Source: Thermodesulfobacteriota bacterium
GTDB taxonomy: Bacteria > Desulfobacterota > Desulfobacteria > Desulfobacterales > SURF-7
DNA: 64,000 bases
NCBI GenBank assembly: GCA_049320885.1
Contig: JBMORA010000030.1
Location: 32,001-96,000 of the forward strand
Direction: 5' to 3'
This document shows, one piece after another, positions 31,453 through 41,381 of this stretch. Below the pieces are notes generated by a model. The model had not been told where the DNA came from. It ran no database searches and saw only the letters and a program-made list of their open reading frames with translations. The position numbers were made by a program, and so were the translations under genes. The number at the start of each line of letters is the position of its first letter. Position 1 is the stretch's first letter.

Positions 31453-32349
31453 ATGAATCCATTTGACCCGCTGATCGACCGGTATGTGAATTACCTCTTG
31501 ATCGAAAAAGGGCTGTCCGCCAACACCATTTCCGCCTACAGCGCCGATTTAAGCGCCTACAGCCGTTTCGCCTCCGAAAACGGAATCACGGGGGTCGAAG
31601 GAATCGATCAGGCCGCCATCCTGAAATACATGATCGAAATGCGCCAATCCGGCCTGAATGCCAAATCCAGGGCCCGGCACCTGGTGACCCTGCGTGGTTT
31701 TCATAAATTTCTGCTGAATGAAAACATCCTGGCCCAGGATCCCACAGCGGCCCTGGATTTACCAAAGACAGGCCTGCGCCTGCCGGAAGTCCTTTCCGTT
31801 GACGATATCGCCAGGCTTCTGCACGCACCGGACCAGGAAAAGCCGCGGGGGCTGCGGGACAGCGCCATGATCGAGCTGCTGTACGCTGCCGGCATGCGGG
31901 TGTCGGAACTCATCGGCATGAAGCTGCAGGACATCAACCTGGAGGCCGGCTTTGTCCGGGTCTACGGCAAGGGTGACAAGGAACGGATCGTGCCCGTCGG
32001 CAGCTATGCCCGGGACAAGGTCCGGCGCTACCTCCAGGAAGCAAGGCCCTTGCTGCTGAAAAAAGCAAGCAGCCCCTATCTGTTCATCGCCTGGGCCGGA
32101 AAGCCCATGACCCGCCAGGGGTTCTGGAAACTGCTGAAAAAATATGCGGCCCAGGCCGGCATCGAAAAGGAAATCAAACCCCACTCCCTGCGGCATTCCT
32201 TTGCCAGCCACCTGCTGGAAGGGGGCGCGGACCTGCGCTCCGTGCAGATGATGTTGGGCCATGCCGACATCTCCACCACCCAGATCTACACCCACGTGGC
32301 CCAGGACCACCTGCGGAAAGTTCATGATACATATCATCCGCGGGGTTGA
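31453..32349 (+). CDS. xerD: Site-specific tyrosine recombinase XerD
   Basis: GMRVSEL, GKGDKER, TRQGFW, HSLRHSFA and LGHADISTTQIYTHV motifs. Confidence 0.94.
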   Translation: MNPFDPLIDRYVNYLLIEKGLSANTISAYSADLSAYSRFASENGITGVEGIDQAAILKYMIEMRQSGLNAKSRARHLVTLRGFHKFLLNENILAQDPTAALDLPKTGLRLPEVLSVDDIARLLHAPDQEKPRGLRDSAMIELLYAAGMRVSELIGMKLQDINLEAGFVRVYGKGDKERIVPVGSYARDKVRRYLQEARPLLLKKASSPYLFIAWAGKPMTRQGFWKLLKKYAAQAGIEKEIKPHSLRHSFASHLLEGGADLRSVQMMLGHADISTTQIYTHVAQDHLRKVHDTYHPRG

Positions 32350-32458
32350 GAGGACAGAACGGTAGCCCCCGGAAAACCTCCCGGCTGGGCTTCCATGTGT
32401 TTCGTGATGATGCAGACCTTTCCCGGTTTGACGGAATCAAAAAAATGGAATTTTTTTC

Positions 32459-32488
32459 TTGACACATGCATTTGTGCGCACATATAAT
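32459..32488 (+). promoter_or_regulatory. Sigma-70 promoter with probable ArsR operator in the spacer
   Basis: TTGACA-18 nt-TATAAT. The spacer motif ATGCATTTGTGCGCAC recurs at 32884-32899. Confidence 0.75.
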
Positions 32489-32495
32489 CAGAACC

Positions 32496-32858
32496 ATGAA
32501 AATACAGCCCCGCATAAAGACAAGAGATGAAGTTATAAAAGAATTTTCCGAAGCCTATGATGCCCGGTTTTTCAAAACCCTGGCTGAGCCCGTCCGTATC
32601 CAGATTTTATCTTACCTGATGCGTAACGGACGTTCTGATATTGGCTCCATTACGGAAAACATGCCTCAGGACCGGTCCGTTGTTTCAAGGCATCTGAATC
32701 AAATGCATGCGGTCGGCATGTTGTGTTGTGAAAAAGAAACCCGGCACGTGTATTACACCATTAACGCCCAGACATTTGTTGACAAGCTGGAACGGTTCTT
32801 GACATTAATCAAGGAAAGTATTTCCGTCTGCTGTCCGCCTGATTGCTGTTCCAAATAA
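32496..32858 (+). CDS. arsR: ArsR/SmtB-family repressor
   Basis: FKTLAEPVRIQIL and VSRHLNQM motifs; C-terminal CCPPDCC; lies upstream of arsM. Confidence 0.85.
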   Translation: MKIQPRIKTRDEVIKEFSEAYDARFFKTLAEPVRIQILSYLMRNGRSDIGSITENMPQDRSVVSRHLNQMHAVGMLCCEKETRHVYYTINAQTFVDKLERFLTLIKESISVCCPPDCCSK

Positions 32859-32925
32859 GACGGAAATTTTTTTGGCCATATATATGCATTAATGCACACT
32901 TTTACATAATATAAAGGAGTGAAAA

Positions 32926-33708
32926 ATGAAAACCAAAAACCAAATTTCAGCGAAGGCGTCATGTCAGTCAAAAGTCTGTATCCCCTCGTATGTGATGATG
33001 ACGCTTTCCATTGTGCTGGGAGGCTTTTCCATACTTCTTTTCGTTGTGTTCCTTTATGCCGGATTGCCCAGTCAGATCGATTTGGGACTTGATGAACCGG
33101 CGAATCTCTATGTCAACACCCTGCTTTGTCTTCTTTTTTTCTTTCAACACAGCCTCATGGTTCGCAGCAGTTTCCGTAATTGGTTATCGGGTTTTATTCC
33201 CCGGGATCACCTCAGCGCAGTCTTTTCGATTTTTTCCGGATTGTTTTTATTGATCCTCATGCTTTTCTGGCAAAAATCAACCTCCTTCCAGGTTGAGCTG
33301 GATGGAGCGGCTTACTGGTTCATGCGCGTCTTGTTCTGGCTTTCCATCATCGGCTTCTATATCACCTCCCGTTTTTTGCGGCCTTTTGACCCCTTTGGCA
33401 TCCGGGAAATTGCGATCCATTTACAGGGCAAAACCCCAAGGGAATCCTTCTTTACAGTGCGCGGGAGTTACCGCTGGGTCCGGCATCCGTTATATTTATT
33501 CTGCCTACTGATGATATGGGCGCAGGTTTCCGTGACCACGGACCGCTTGGTTTTCAACAGTCTCTGGACCTTATGGATCATCACCGGCACTTTTCTGGAG
33601 GAAAGGGATCTGGTCGCTTCTTTTGGCGATGCGTATCGAAACTACCAGCGCAGTGTGCCGATGCTGATTCCATATAAGTGGCGCCCCTGGAATCAAGATA
33701 ACAAATGA
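32926..33708 (+). CDS. Integral-membrane methyltransferase, ICMT/NnrU family (MddA-like)
   Basis: QHSLM.R, YRWVRHPLY and EERDLV..FGDAY..Y...VPMLIP motifs. Confidence 0.8.
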   Translation: MKTKNQISAKASCQSKVCIPSYVMMTLSIVLGGFSILLFVVFLYAGLPSQIDLGLDEPANLYVNTLLCLLFFFQHSLMVRSSFRNWLSGFIPRDHLSAVFSIFSGLFLLILMLFWQKSTSFQVELDGAAYWFMRVLFWLSIIGFYITSRFLRPFDPFGIREIAIHLQGKTPRESFFTVRGSYRWVRHPLYLFCLLMIWAQVSVTTDRLVFNSLWTLWIITGTFLEERDLVASFGDAYRNYQRSVPMLIPYKWRPWNQDNK

Positions 33709-33727
33709 CCCCCAATTTTAAAGGAGA

Positions 33728-34597
33728 ATGGCAATGAATCAGAATGAAAGAATTAGGGAGATGGTTAAAACCGCTTATGGGAAAGCGATTGGTTTGTCCC
33801 CAGGCAGTTGCGGTTGCGGCTGCAAACCGTTGAATGAAAAAGGTTCCATCGCCGGCATGGCAGGTTATGAACAGACGGATATCGGTTCGCTGAAATCCGA
33901 TGCTGCCGCCAGTTCTTTTGGTTGCGGCAATCCCCTGGCGTTCAGCGGCGTCAAAAAAGGAGATACAGTTTTGGATCTAGGAAGCGGCGCCGGTTTTGAC
34001 CTGATTCTGGCTGCCAAAAAAGTCGGGCCAGGCGGTCGCGTGATCGGCGTGGATATGACCGAAGCCATGATCCAGAAAGCGAGGGAAAATATCCGGAAAG
34101 AGGGATTGACCAACGTGGAAGTCCGGCAAGGACTGATCGAGAACCTGCCGGTTGAATCCGCGTCCGTGGATTGGTTGATTTCCAATTGTGTGATCAATCT
34201 TTCTCCGGAAAAAGCGCGTGTTTTTTCGGAAATCCAGCGGGTGCTCAAGCCCGGCGGGCAAATGTTGGTGTCGGATATCGTGGTGAAAAATCTGCCGGAC
34301 TGGTTACGCCAGAACCATCAGATATATGCCGCATGCGTGGGTGGTGCCATCAGCGAAGAAGATTATCTGGCCGGACTTCGTGAAGCAGGCCTGATGAACG
34401 TGGCAGTTCGAAACCGGTTCGTCTATGAAGCATCCCAGATCAAAGCGTTTTTTGAAACAGGGGAAATACCTGGCCTGAAAGAAATGATCAATGACATTTC
34501 CACACAAAACCGCGAAAATCTGATCCGGCAGATGACAATGAATGCGGTCGGGAATGTTTGGAGTGCCGAGTTCTATGCACAAAAAAAAGGAGAATAA
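33728..34597 (+). CDS. arsM: Arsenite S-adenosylmethionine methyltransferase
   Basis: SFGCGNP, VLDLGSGAGFD, ISNCVINL and ACVGGA motifs; N-terminal Cys cluster. Confidence 0.9.
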   Translation: MAMNQNERIREMVKTAYGKAIGLSPGSCGCGCKPLNEKGSIAGMAGYEQTDIGSLKSDAAASSFGCGNPLAFSGVKKGDTVLDLGSGAGFDLILAAKKVGPGGRVIGVDMTEAMIQKARENIRKEGLTNVEVRQGLIENLPVESASVDWLISNCVINLSPEKARVFSEIQRVLKPGGQMLVSDIVVKNLPDWLRQNHQIYAACVGGAISEEDYLAGLREAGLMNVAVRNRFVYEASQIKAFFETGEIPGLKEMINDISTQNRENLIRQMTMNAVGNVWSAEFYAQKKGE

Positions 34598-34598
34598 C

Positions 34599-34688
34599 AT
34601 GAAGAGATCAAGTGACGAAATCATCAACCGAATGATCCAATTGCCAGGAAACAAATACAATTTCAGCCAATCGTCGTAATATCCGGAA
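34599..34688 (+). pseudogene. Truncated gene remnant after arsM
   Basis: Good RBS (AGGAG) and a 26-aa ORF MKRSSDEIINRMIQLPGNKYNFSQSS* that ends just before the nqrF stop. Confidence 0.4.
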
Positions 34689-35933
34689 TCATCCGCCGAA
34701 GTCGTCGTAGCGGACCATCTCGTCCTCGACGCCCAGGTCGAAGAGCATCTTCTTCACCGCATCGAGCATGAAGGGGGGACCGCAGACATAGTACTCTATG
34801 TCCTCCGGGGCCGGGTGCTCCCTGAGGTAGTTCTCGTAGAGCACCTGGTGGATGAATCCGCGGAAGCCTTTCCAGTTGTCCTCCGCCATCGGCTCCGAGA
34901 GTGCCACGTGGAATCTGAAATTGTTATGCTCCTTCTCGATGTCGCGGAACTCCTTCTCGTAAAAAAGCTCCCGGAGGGAACGGGCGCCGTACCAGTAGCT
35001 CGCCTTTCGCTTGGTCTTCAGGGTGTGAAACTGGTGGAATATCTGGGAGCGCAGGGGGGCCATCCCGGCGCCGCCGCCGATGAAGATCATCTCCCGGTCC
35101 GTTTCCTGAACGGCGAAGTCGCCGTAAGGGCCCGAGACCATCACCTCGTCGCCGGGTTTGCACTTGAAAATATAAGACGACGCCATTCCCGGGGGCAGCT
35201 CCCTGAAGGCCTTCCTTGCGGGATCCCAGGGGGGCGTGGCGATGCGGACGTTGAGCTTGATGATGCTTCCCTCGGCTGGGTGGTTGGCCATGGAATATGC
35301 GCGGTTTATCACCGAGCGGTTTTTCGCCCGGATGCCCGTGAGGCCGAGTTTCTTCCAGTCGGCATGGAATTTCTCGGCGATGTCGATGTCGCTTCCGAAG
35401 TGAATCTCGTATTCCGGCACGTCTATCTGTATGTAGGCGCCGGGCTCGAAATCGAGTTTCTCGCCGGGTGGGAGGGCCAGGACGAACTCCTTGATGTAGG
35501 TCGCCACGTTTTCGTTGGAGACGACGCGGCAGGCGTACCGTTTCACCGAGAATACCTCGTCGGGAACGCGGATCGCCATGTCCTCCCGGACCTTCACCTG
35601 GCAGGCAAGGCGCCACCCCTCACGTTCCATCTTGCGGTTGACGTAGTTCTGCTCAATGGGAAGGATTTCGCCGCCGCCGCTTTCAACGCGGCACTTGCAT
35701 GTCCCGCAGGTTCCCTTGCCGCCGCAGGCGGAAGAGAGGAAAATGTTTTCCCCCGCCAGGGTCGCCAGGAGGGACCTCCCCGGTTCCACGGTAAGGGCCT
35801 TCGAATCGTCGTTATTGACGGTTATCATCGCCGTCCCCCTGCGCACCAGCTTCTTCTCGGCGCCCACGATAAGGGCCGCCAGGAGGAGGATTATCACCGA
35901 GAAGGCCATCGCGGCCATGAGGACCGTGATCAT
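34689..35933 (-). CDS. nqrF: Na+-NQR subunit F
   Basis: CGGKGTCGTC..RLACQ 2Fe-2S motif; RAYSMAN, GGGAGMAP.RS and DDFGG. Confidence 0.96.
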   Translation of the reverse strand: MITVLMAAMAFSVIILLLAALIVGAEKKLVRRGTAMITVNNDDSKALTVEPGRSLLATLAGENIFLSSACGGKGTCGTCKCRVESGGGEILPIEQNYVNRKMEREGWRLACQVKVREDMAIRVPDEVFSVKRYACRVVSNENVATYIKEFVLALPPGEKLDFEPGAYIQIDVPEYEIHFGSDIDIAEKFHADWKKLGLTGIRAKNRSVINRAYSMANHPAEGSIIKLNVRIATPPWDPARKAFRELPPGMASSYIFKCKPGDEVMVSGPYGDFAVQETDREMIFIGGGAGMAPLRSQIFHQFHTLKTKRKASYWYGARSLRELFYEKEFRDIEKEHNNFRFHVALSEPMAEDNWKGFRGFIHQVLYENYLREHPAPEDIEYYVCGPPFMLDAVKKMLFDLGVEDEMVRYDDFGG

Positions 35934-35935
35934 CT

Positions 35936-36553
35936 TCAGTCCCCCAAGTCCACGCCGGAGAAAATCATGAACGCCACGGCCATGAAGCCCGTGATGAGCA
36001 TGGTGATACCGAGGCCCCGCATCCCCTCGGGGATGTTCGAGTAACGGAGCTTATGGCGGATCGCCGCCATTGTCACGATGGCGAGGAACCACCCGATGCC
36101 GGCACTGAATCCGTAGACCGAGGCCTGTGCCATGGTGTAGCGGCGCTCCACCATGAAGAGCGCCACGCCGAGGATCGCGCAGTTGACGGTGATCAGGGGC
36201 AGATAGATTCCCAGGGCGTTGTAGAGGGTGGCGGAAAATTTTTCCACGGCCATCTCTACGATCTGCACCATGGCGGCGATGACGGCGATGAACGTGATGA
36301 AGGTGAGGAAGCTCAGGTCCAGATTCGCGAATTCCTGGCCGAGCCAAGCGAGGGCCCCCTCGCGGAGGACGTATTCGTTCAGGAGCCAGTTCACCGGGGC
36401 GGTGATGGTGAGGACAAATACCACGGCAAGGCCGAGGCCTACGGAAGTGGAGACCTTTTTCGACAAGGCCAGGAAAGAGCACATCCCCAGGAAATAGGCC
36501 AGGATGATGTTTTCCGTGAATATCGCCCTTATACCGATGTTCACCAGGTCCAT
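35936..36553 (-). CDS. nqrE: Na+-NQR subunit E
   Basis: FLGMCSFLA and [10 protein letters not shown] motifs. Confidence 0.95.
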   Translation of the reverse strand: MDLVNIGIRAIFTENIILAYFLGMCSFLALSKKVSTSVGLGLAVVFVLTITAPVNWLLNEYVLREGALAWLGQEFANLDLSFLTFITFIAVIAAMVQIVEMAVEKFSATLYNALGIYLPLITVNCAILGVALFMVERRYTMAQASVYGFSAGIGWFLAIVTMAAIRHKLRYSNIPEGMRGLGITMLITGFMAVAFMIFSGVDLGD

Positions 36554-36557
36554 GGCG

Positions 36558-37172
36558 TCACTCCTCCCGGTATCCCGTCAACGTCCTCTGGAGCCAGATG
36601 ATGAGGGATAGTATGATGAAGGCTCCCGGTGCCAGGACCATGAGGCCGTTGTCGGCATAGCCCGCGGCGTAGAACGATTCGGGGATCACGCGGTATCCCC
36701 AGAGGGAGCCGGAGCCGAGGAGTTCCCGGAAGAACCCCACCACGACGAGGACCAGGGCGTACCCCACCCCGTTCCCCAGACCGTCCAGGAAGGATGGGAG
36801 GGGCGGGTTCGACATGGCGAAGGCCTCCAGGCGCCCCAGGACGATGCAGTTCGTGATGATGAGGCCCACGAAAACCGAGAGCTGTTTTGAAAGCTGGAAG
36901 GCGTAGGCCTTCAAAAACTGGTCCACCAGGATCACCAGGGTGGCGATGACCGTCATCTCGATGATGATGCGCACCTTCGAGGGAATGCGGTCCCGGATGA
37001 GGGATATGACAACATTCGCCAGGGCCACCACGACGATGACCGACAATCCCATCACCACGGCGGTCTTCAGGCGCGAGGTCACCGCCAGGGCGGAACAGAT
37101 GCCAAGTATCTGTATGGTGATCGGGTTGGTCTCGTTCACCGGCTCCAGGAGTATCTTTCTATCGAACGCCAT
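36558..37172 (-). CDS. nqrD: Na+-NQR subunit D
   Basis: [10 protein letters not shown] and [10 protein letters not shown] motifs. Confidence 0.95.
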   Translation of the reverse strand: MAFDRKILLEPVNETNPITIQILGICSALAVTSRLKTAVVMGLSVIVVVALANVVISLIRDRIPSKVRIIIEMTVIATLVILVDQFLKAYAFQLSKQLSVFVGLIITNCIVLGRLEAFAMSNPPLPSFLDGLGNGVGYALVLVVVGFFRELLGSGSLWGYRVIPESFYAAGYADNGLMVLAPGAFIILSLIIWLQRTLTGYREE

Positions 37173-37938
37173 GGCGGCCTCCCTTCTTTTCGCTAAGGAT
37201 ATACGGCTCGTAAAGCGCCAGGCTCTTCTTCAGCAGCGCCGTGACACCCTTGCCGGTGATCGTCGCCCCGGTGATGCCGTCGACCTGGTGGAGCGACTCG
37301 GGCAGCGCGGTCGCTGCCTTGCCCTTCATCACCGCCACGGCAACGAGGGCGCCTTTCGCGTCGAATACTTTCTTGCCGTTAAAATTTCTTCTGAATTCCA
37401 GGGACTGTATCTCCCCGCCGAGTCCGGGTGTTTCCCCCTGTTTGTGGAAGGTGATACCGAGGACAGTGTCCAGGTCCCTCTCCAGGGCGACGTAGCCGTA
37501 GATGGAGGACCAGAGCCCCTTGCCGTAAACCGGGAAACAGTAGGCGGTCACCGTCCCGTCCTTCACCCTGGTGAAAACCGGGAGCCGCCGTTCCGCCGGG
37601 GCCTTGTCCATCTCCCGGGCCAGGTCGATTTGCTCCGCCTTGAGGTTGCTTTCCGCTGGGGCGCCGCTGCTGTCGACAATGAAAACCTTCACGTTTTCAC
37701 GGTAGCAACAGGCGATGTCGGCGCATTTTTCCCCGCTGGACTCCCTGATGTCGCAGGCATCGTTTCCGACGGCCTTCATGAGCCCCAGTGCCTGGAGTAT
37801 GTTGCGTTTGATGTCCGCCTCCTGGGCCAGGTCCTGGCGGGGCTTGAGGGCCTGGGACGCCAGGGCCAGGAGGAGCGCGCAAGCAAAAGCCACGCCGAAG
37901 GAGAAGAGTAAGGTGTAGGAATTACTCTGCCTTTGCAC
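37159..37938 (-). CDS. nqrC: Na+-NQR subunit C
   Basis: GKGLW and ETPGLG motifs; FMN site VDGITGATIT. Confidence 0.94.
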   Translation of the reverse strand: MQRQSNSYTLLFSFGVAFACALLLALASQALKPRQDLAQEADIKRNILQALGLMKAVGNDACDIRESSGEKCADIACCYRENVKVFIVDSSGAPAESNLKAEQIDLAREMDKAPAERRLPVFTRVKDGTVTAYCFPVYGKGLWSSIYGYVALERDLDTVLGITFHKQGETPGLGGEIQSLEFRRNFNGKKVFDAKGALVAVAVMKGKAATALPESLHQVDGITGATITGKGVTALLKKSLALYEPYILSEKKGGRHGVR

Positions 37939-39091
37939 GGGAGCGCCTCCTGCGCATGTGGATCCTCAAGACCGTGTAGTCGATGAGGGGTGCGAAGAGA
38001 TTCATGAACAGGATAGCCAGCATGGTCCCCTCCTCGTAGGCGGGATTGATGACCCGAACGAGGATGATGAGGACCCCGATGAAAAAGCCGTAGACGTATT
38101 TCCCGCCGTTCGTTGACGCCGCCGATACCGGGTCCGTGGCCATGAAAACGGCGCCGAAGGCGAAGCTTCCCATGACCAGGTGGTACTGCAGGGGCAGGGC
38201 CATGATGGAAACGGGAGATGGTGCCACTGCGTTGAAGAGGAAAACCGTTGCGGCGCCACCGGCGAAGACCGATAGGATGATGCGCCAGCTTCCCACGCCC
38301 GTACCGATCAAGAGGATCGCACCCAGGAGGATCGCCAGCTCGGATGTCTCACCGATGCAGCCCGGGTGGAGGCCGATGAACATCTTCCACACTCCGTATC
38401 CTTTTTCGGCCAGGTGCTCCGCCACGCCGAAGGCCGTCTCATGGGCCACCGCAAGGGGCGTCGCCATGGTGTAGGCGTCCACGGGAGTCCCCGTTGTGAG
38501 GGTCCAGACGTCGTGCCCCGAAAGGCTCCTGGGGTAGGCGAAGAAAATAAAGGCCCGAGCCATCAGGGCCGGGTTGAAGATGTTCATGCCGGTCCCGCCG
38601 AAGACCTCCTTCCCCAGAACCACGGCAAAAGCCGTGGCCAGGGCCACCTGCCAAAGGGGTATCGTGGGGGGCATGATGAGGGTGATGAGCATTCCCGAAA
38701 CGAAGAACCCCTCACTCACCTCGTGTTTCCGGACGATGGCGAACACGACCTCGATGGTGAGCCCCACGGTATAGGTGACGACCAAAAGGGGCACCAGCAC
38801 CTTGAGACCCTCGACCATGCTCGGCAGGAATTCCGGTGTCATGCCCCGTGAAAGGAAATGGTGGTAACCCGTGTTGTAAGTGCCGAACAGGGCGCAGGGA
38901 ACCAGGGCGATGACCACGGTCATCATCATGCGCTTGAGGTCATAGGCATCCCGGAGATGGACGCCTGCGACCGTGCGCACTGGAAGCCGGTAGAAGAGGG
39001 TCTGCAGGGCGTCGTAAAGGGGCCAGGCAGCTCTAATGCGTCCCCCCTCCTCGAAATGCGGTTTCAGCATGTTGAATATTTTATCAATCAT
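37922..39091 (-). CDS. nqrB: Na+-NQR subunit B
   Basis: DLKRMM, KEVFGGTG.N.FNPAL, ATPL, GETS and FMATDPVS motifs. Confidence 0.95.
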   Translation of the reverse strand: MIDKIFNMLKPHFEEGGRIRAAWPLYDALQTLFYRLPVRTVAGVHLRDAYDLKRMMMTVVIALVPCALFGTYNTGYHHFLSRGMTPEFLPSMVEGLKVLVPLLVVTYTVGLTIEVVFAIVRKHEVSEGFFVSGMLITLIMPPTIPLWQVALATAFAVVLGKEVFGGTGMNIFNPALMARAFIFFAYPRSLSGHDVWTLTTGTPVDAYTMATPLAVAHETAFGVAEHLAEKGYGVWKMFIGLHPGCIGETSELAILLGAILLIGTGVGSWRIILSVFAGGAATVFLFNAVAPSPVSIMALPLQYHLVMGSFAFGAVFMATDPVSAASTNGGKYVYGFFIGVLIILVRVINPAYEEGTMLAILFMNLFAPLIDYTVLRIHMRRRRSRAKAE

Positions 39092-39112
39092 GATATCCGT
39101 TTGTTACCGGCG

Positions 39113-40462
39113 CTAGCCTTCCCGCATGATCATGTCGATGCCGTCCCGGAGAATCCGCTGCATGTCCGACTTCGACGGGCAGATGTATTCGCATATCGCC
39201 ATCTCTTCCTCGGCCATCTCGTAGATGCCGAGGCCTTCCATTTCCTCGATGTCGCCGGCCAGGATGCTCTTGACCAGGTGGACCGGGTGAATGTCCATGG
39301 GAAGCACTTTCTCGTAGTTCCCCGTGGCGACGAAGGGACGGCATCCCCCGTTCACGTTGGTATCGAGGTCGAACCTGCGCCCGGGGAAGAGGCGGGAGAA
39401 AAAGGTGTTCGAAGCGCTCTCCATGCGGATGCCCGGGCGGATCCAGCCGAAAAGCGCCGGCCGCGCCGTCTCGCGGATGACGCTCACCTGATTGTCGAAA
39501 AAACCGATGAAGCCCTGGAAACCGGCGTTGCGGCCCGTGAGGACGTTACCCGAAATATACCGCGTTTCGGGAACCTCGGCGCCCCCCAGAAGCCAGCCGA
39601 TCTCCGCCCCCTGAACGGTGCGGATGTGCTTCCGCACCTGGGACGCGGGGCCGCCGATGGCGATCACCGTGTCGAAGGAGAGCATCCCTGTGGCGAAGAG
39701 CCTGCCAATCCGGACGGCACTCTCGAGGGTGCAGTACCAGACGACGTCCCCGGGGCCCCGCACCGGGGCTATATGGTGAACCTGGACTCCCACGGTCCCG
39801 GCCGGATGCGGGCCCTTCACGCGGTGTACCGCCACCTCCGGGATCCCCGAGGCGATGCGCGCCGTCGCGTCGTCGTCTCGCCGGACCGAAAAATGGATCC
39901 TTCCCGATGTGAGGCGGCGAAGGATATCCAGGCCCTTTGCCAGATACTCGCCGTTGCCGGCGAGGATCGTTCCCGTGTCGGGGGCCAGGGGAGACGTATC
40001 GAATGACGATATGAAGATGTCGCGGGGCATGTCAACCGGACGCGCCTGGACGGCGAAGGGGCGCTGGCGCAGGGAGGCGAAGAGGCCCGTCTTCACAAGG
40101 ATATCGATGATGTCCTCCCGGGATGAGGCCCGGGCAATTTTTGGCGGCGACTCCTCGACGGCTCCCTTCCCGTCACCTGCGATGACGATACCGGTTACCC
40201 TGCGCCGCTCCCCCCGGGAGATCCGTTCGATCCTGCCGCTCAGGGGTGATACGAAGAAAGGGGTGCCCGCCGTCTTGTCAGTGAAGAGGGGCGTGCCGGC
40301 CCTTACGTGGTCTCCCTCTTTCACGAGGAGGGCCGGGGTGATGCCGCGGAAATCCGTTGGCATCAGAGCCGCCCGGGGGGGTATGCCCCTGGCTTCGCAC
40401 TCCGCCGAGGGTGCCCCGTCGAGGCGTATGGTGAAACCTTTTTTCAGGGTGATATCGGCCAT
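39113..40462 (-). CDS. nqrA: Na+-NQR subunit A
   Basis: I.LKKG..I.L.G, GPHPAG.VG, SGNVLTG and CPSK motifs. Confidence 0.94.
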   Translation of the reverse strand: MADITLKKGFTIRLDGAPSAECEARGIPPRAALMPTDFRGITPALLVKEGDHVRAGTPLFTDKTAGTPFFVSPLSGRIERISRGERRRVTGIVIAGDGKGAVEESPPKIARASSREDIIDILVKTGLFASLRQRPFAVQARPVDMPRDIFISSFDTSPLAPDTGTILAGNGEYLAKGLDILRRLTSGRIHFSVRRDDDATARIASGIPEVAVHRVKGPHPAGTVGVQVHHIAPVRGPGDVVWYCTLESAVRIGRLFATGMLSFDTVIAIGGPASQVRKHIRTVQGAEIGWLLGGAEVPETRYISGNVLTGRNAGFQGFIGFFDNQVSVIRETARPALFGWIRPGIRMESASNTFFSRLFPGRRFDLDTNVNGGCRPFVATGNYEKVLPMDIHPVHLVKSILAGDIEEMEGLGIYEMAEEEMAICEYICPSKSDMQRILRDGIDMIMREG

Positions 40463-40632
40463 TATCCGTTCCCGCGGCTCCCGGTGCGGCAAGACCCGCC
40501 GGCGCTTCCACACCTACAGCGCCCGGATGAGCCGGCACATCCCGACGGCGCGCCGTTCCTTCCGGCGGCAAAGAAAAGCACCGCCATGAAGGCGAGTACG
40601 ATGACCATGGTGATCAGAAGGGTCGTGAGCAT
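40462..40632 (-). CDS. Small NqrM-like membrane protein (56 aa)
   Basis: Below the ORF-track cutoff. MLTTLLITMVIVLAFMAVLFFAAGRNGAPSGCAGSSGRCRCGSAGGSCRTGSRGNG*: one TM helix and 4 Cys; TAATG overlap with nqrA. Confidence 0.7.
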   Translation of the reverse strand: MLTTLLITMVIVLAFMAVLFFAAGRNGAPSGCAGSSGRCRCGSAGGSCRTGSRGNG

Positions 40633-40843
40633 CCGGTATTTCCCCCCGCCGTCTTTTCTGTGGTTTCCGTTGGTTACGCTGAAACGATCAAATAATATAG
40701 CAGGGGCGCGTGTTGACGCAAATGTTTTTTAGGAAAAAATCCAATTTCCCATCATCGGTTTCGTTTTAAGGTTTCCGAGGAATTTGGATATAGCATTTAT
40801 GTTTTACCGGGTTCGGGTCCGTCATCCTGCCTGCCGATTTCTG

Positions 40844-41107
40844 TTAAACTATCACGGTTTTCATTGGCGCCCCGCAGTTCAGGCAGTTGTCGCTTTCTTC
40901 GTACTGAAACAGGCCGCACCTTTTACAGAATATTCCTTTTATGGGAAGCCTGGGCTTATTCGGATCAATGTAAATGCATCCGCCACGGTCATCGATTTCA
41001 AAATCGGTAAAACAGATCGGGCAGGAAACCAATCCCGGTTTGAACTCAAAATCATAAGACCGGCAGAATGGGCAGCTTATGGTTTTCGGACGATCATTTG
41101 TTTCCAT
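40844..41107 (-). CDS. Small double Zn-ribbon protein
   Basis: CPFC, CPIC, CKRC and CLNC pairs. Confidence 0.6.
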   Translation of the reverse strand: METNDRPKTISCPFCRSYDFEFKPGLVSCPICFTDFEIDDRGGCIYIDPNKPRLPIKGIFCKRCGLFQYEESDNCLNCGAPMKTVIV

Positions 41108-41381
41108 TCACTCTATTTCTCAAGATCCCGGAGCTCTTGAAAGTAACCACCTTTCTTTCCGGCAGCATCATTGTTTGCCCTGTCGCGGGATTTCGTCCTT
41201 TGCGCTCTCTCTTCTGGTTCACGCAGAATTTCCCGAATCCGGAAATCAGAATGTCATCGCTGGATGCCAGGGTCTTTTTAATGATCTCGATCGTTGATTC
41301 AACCAATTGCGTACACTCTTTGTTCGTCAAGCCGAGTTGTTGAACCAGGTCTTCCACGATATCAAATTTCGTCAGGGTCAT
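41094..41381 (-). CDS. Integration host factor alpha-like protein
   Basis: MTLTK.DIV, ISGFGKF and R.GRNPATG motifs. Confidence 0.9.
   Translation of the reverse strand: MTLTKFDIVEDLVQQLGLTNKECTQLVESTIEIIKKTLASSDDILISGFGKFCVNQKRERKGRNPATGQTMMLPERKVVTFKSSGILRNRVNGNK

Noticed and set aside
31453..32349. XerD as the integrase of the adjacent ars/nqr island
   Set aside because: The sequence is a canonical housekeeping XerD with host-like codon usage.
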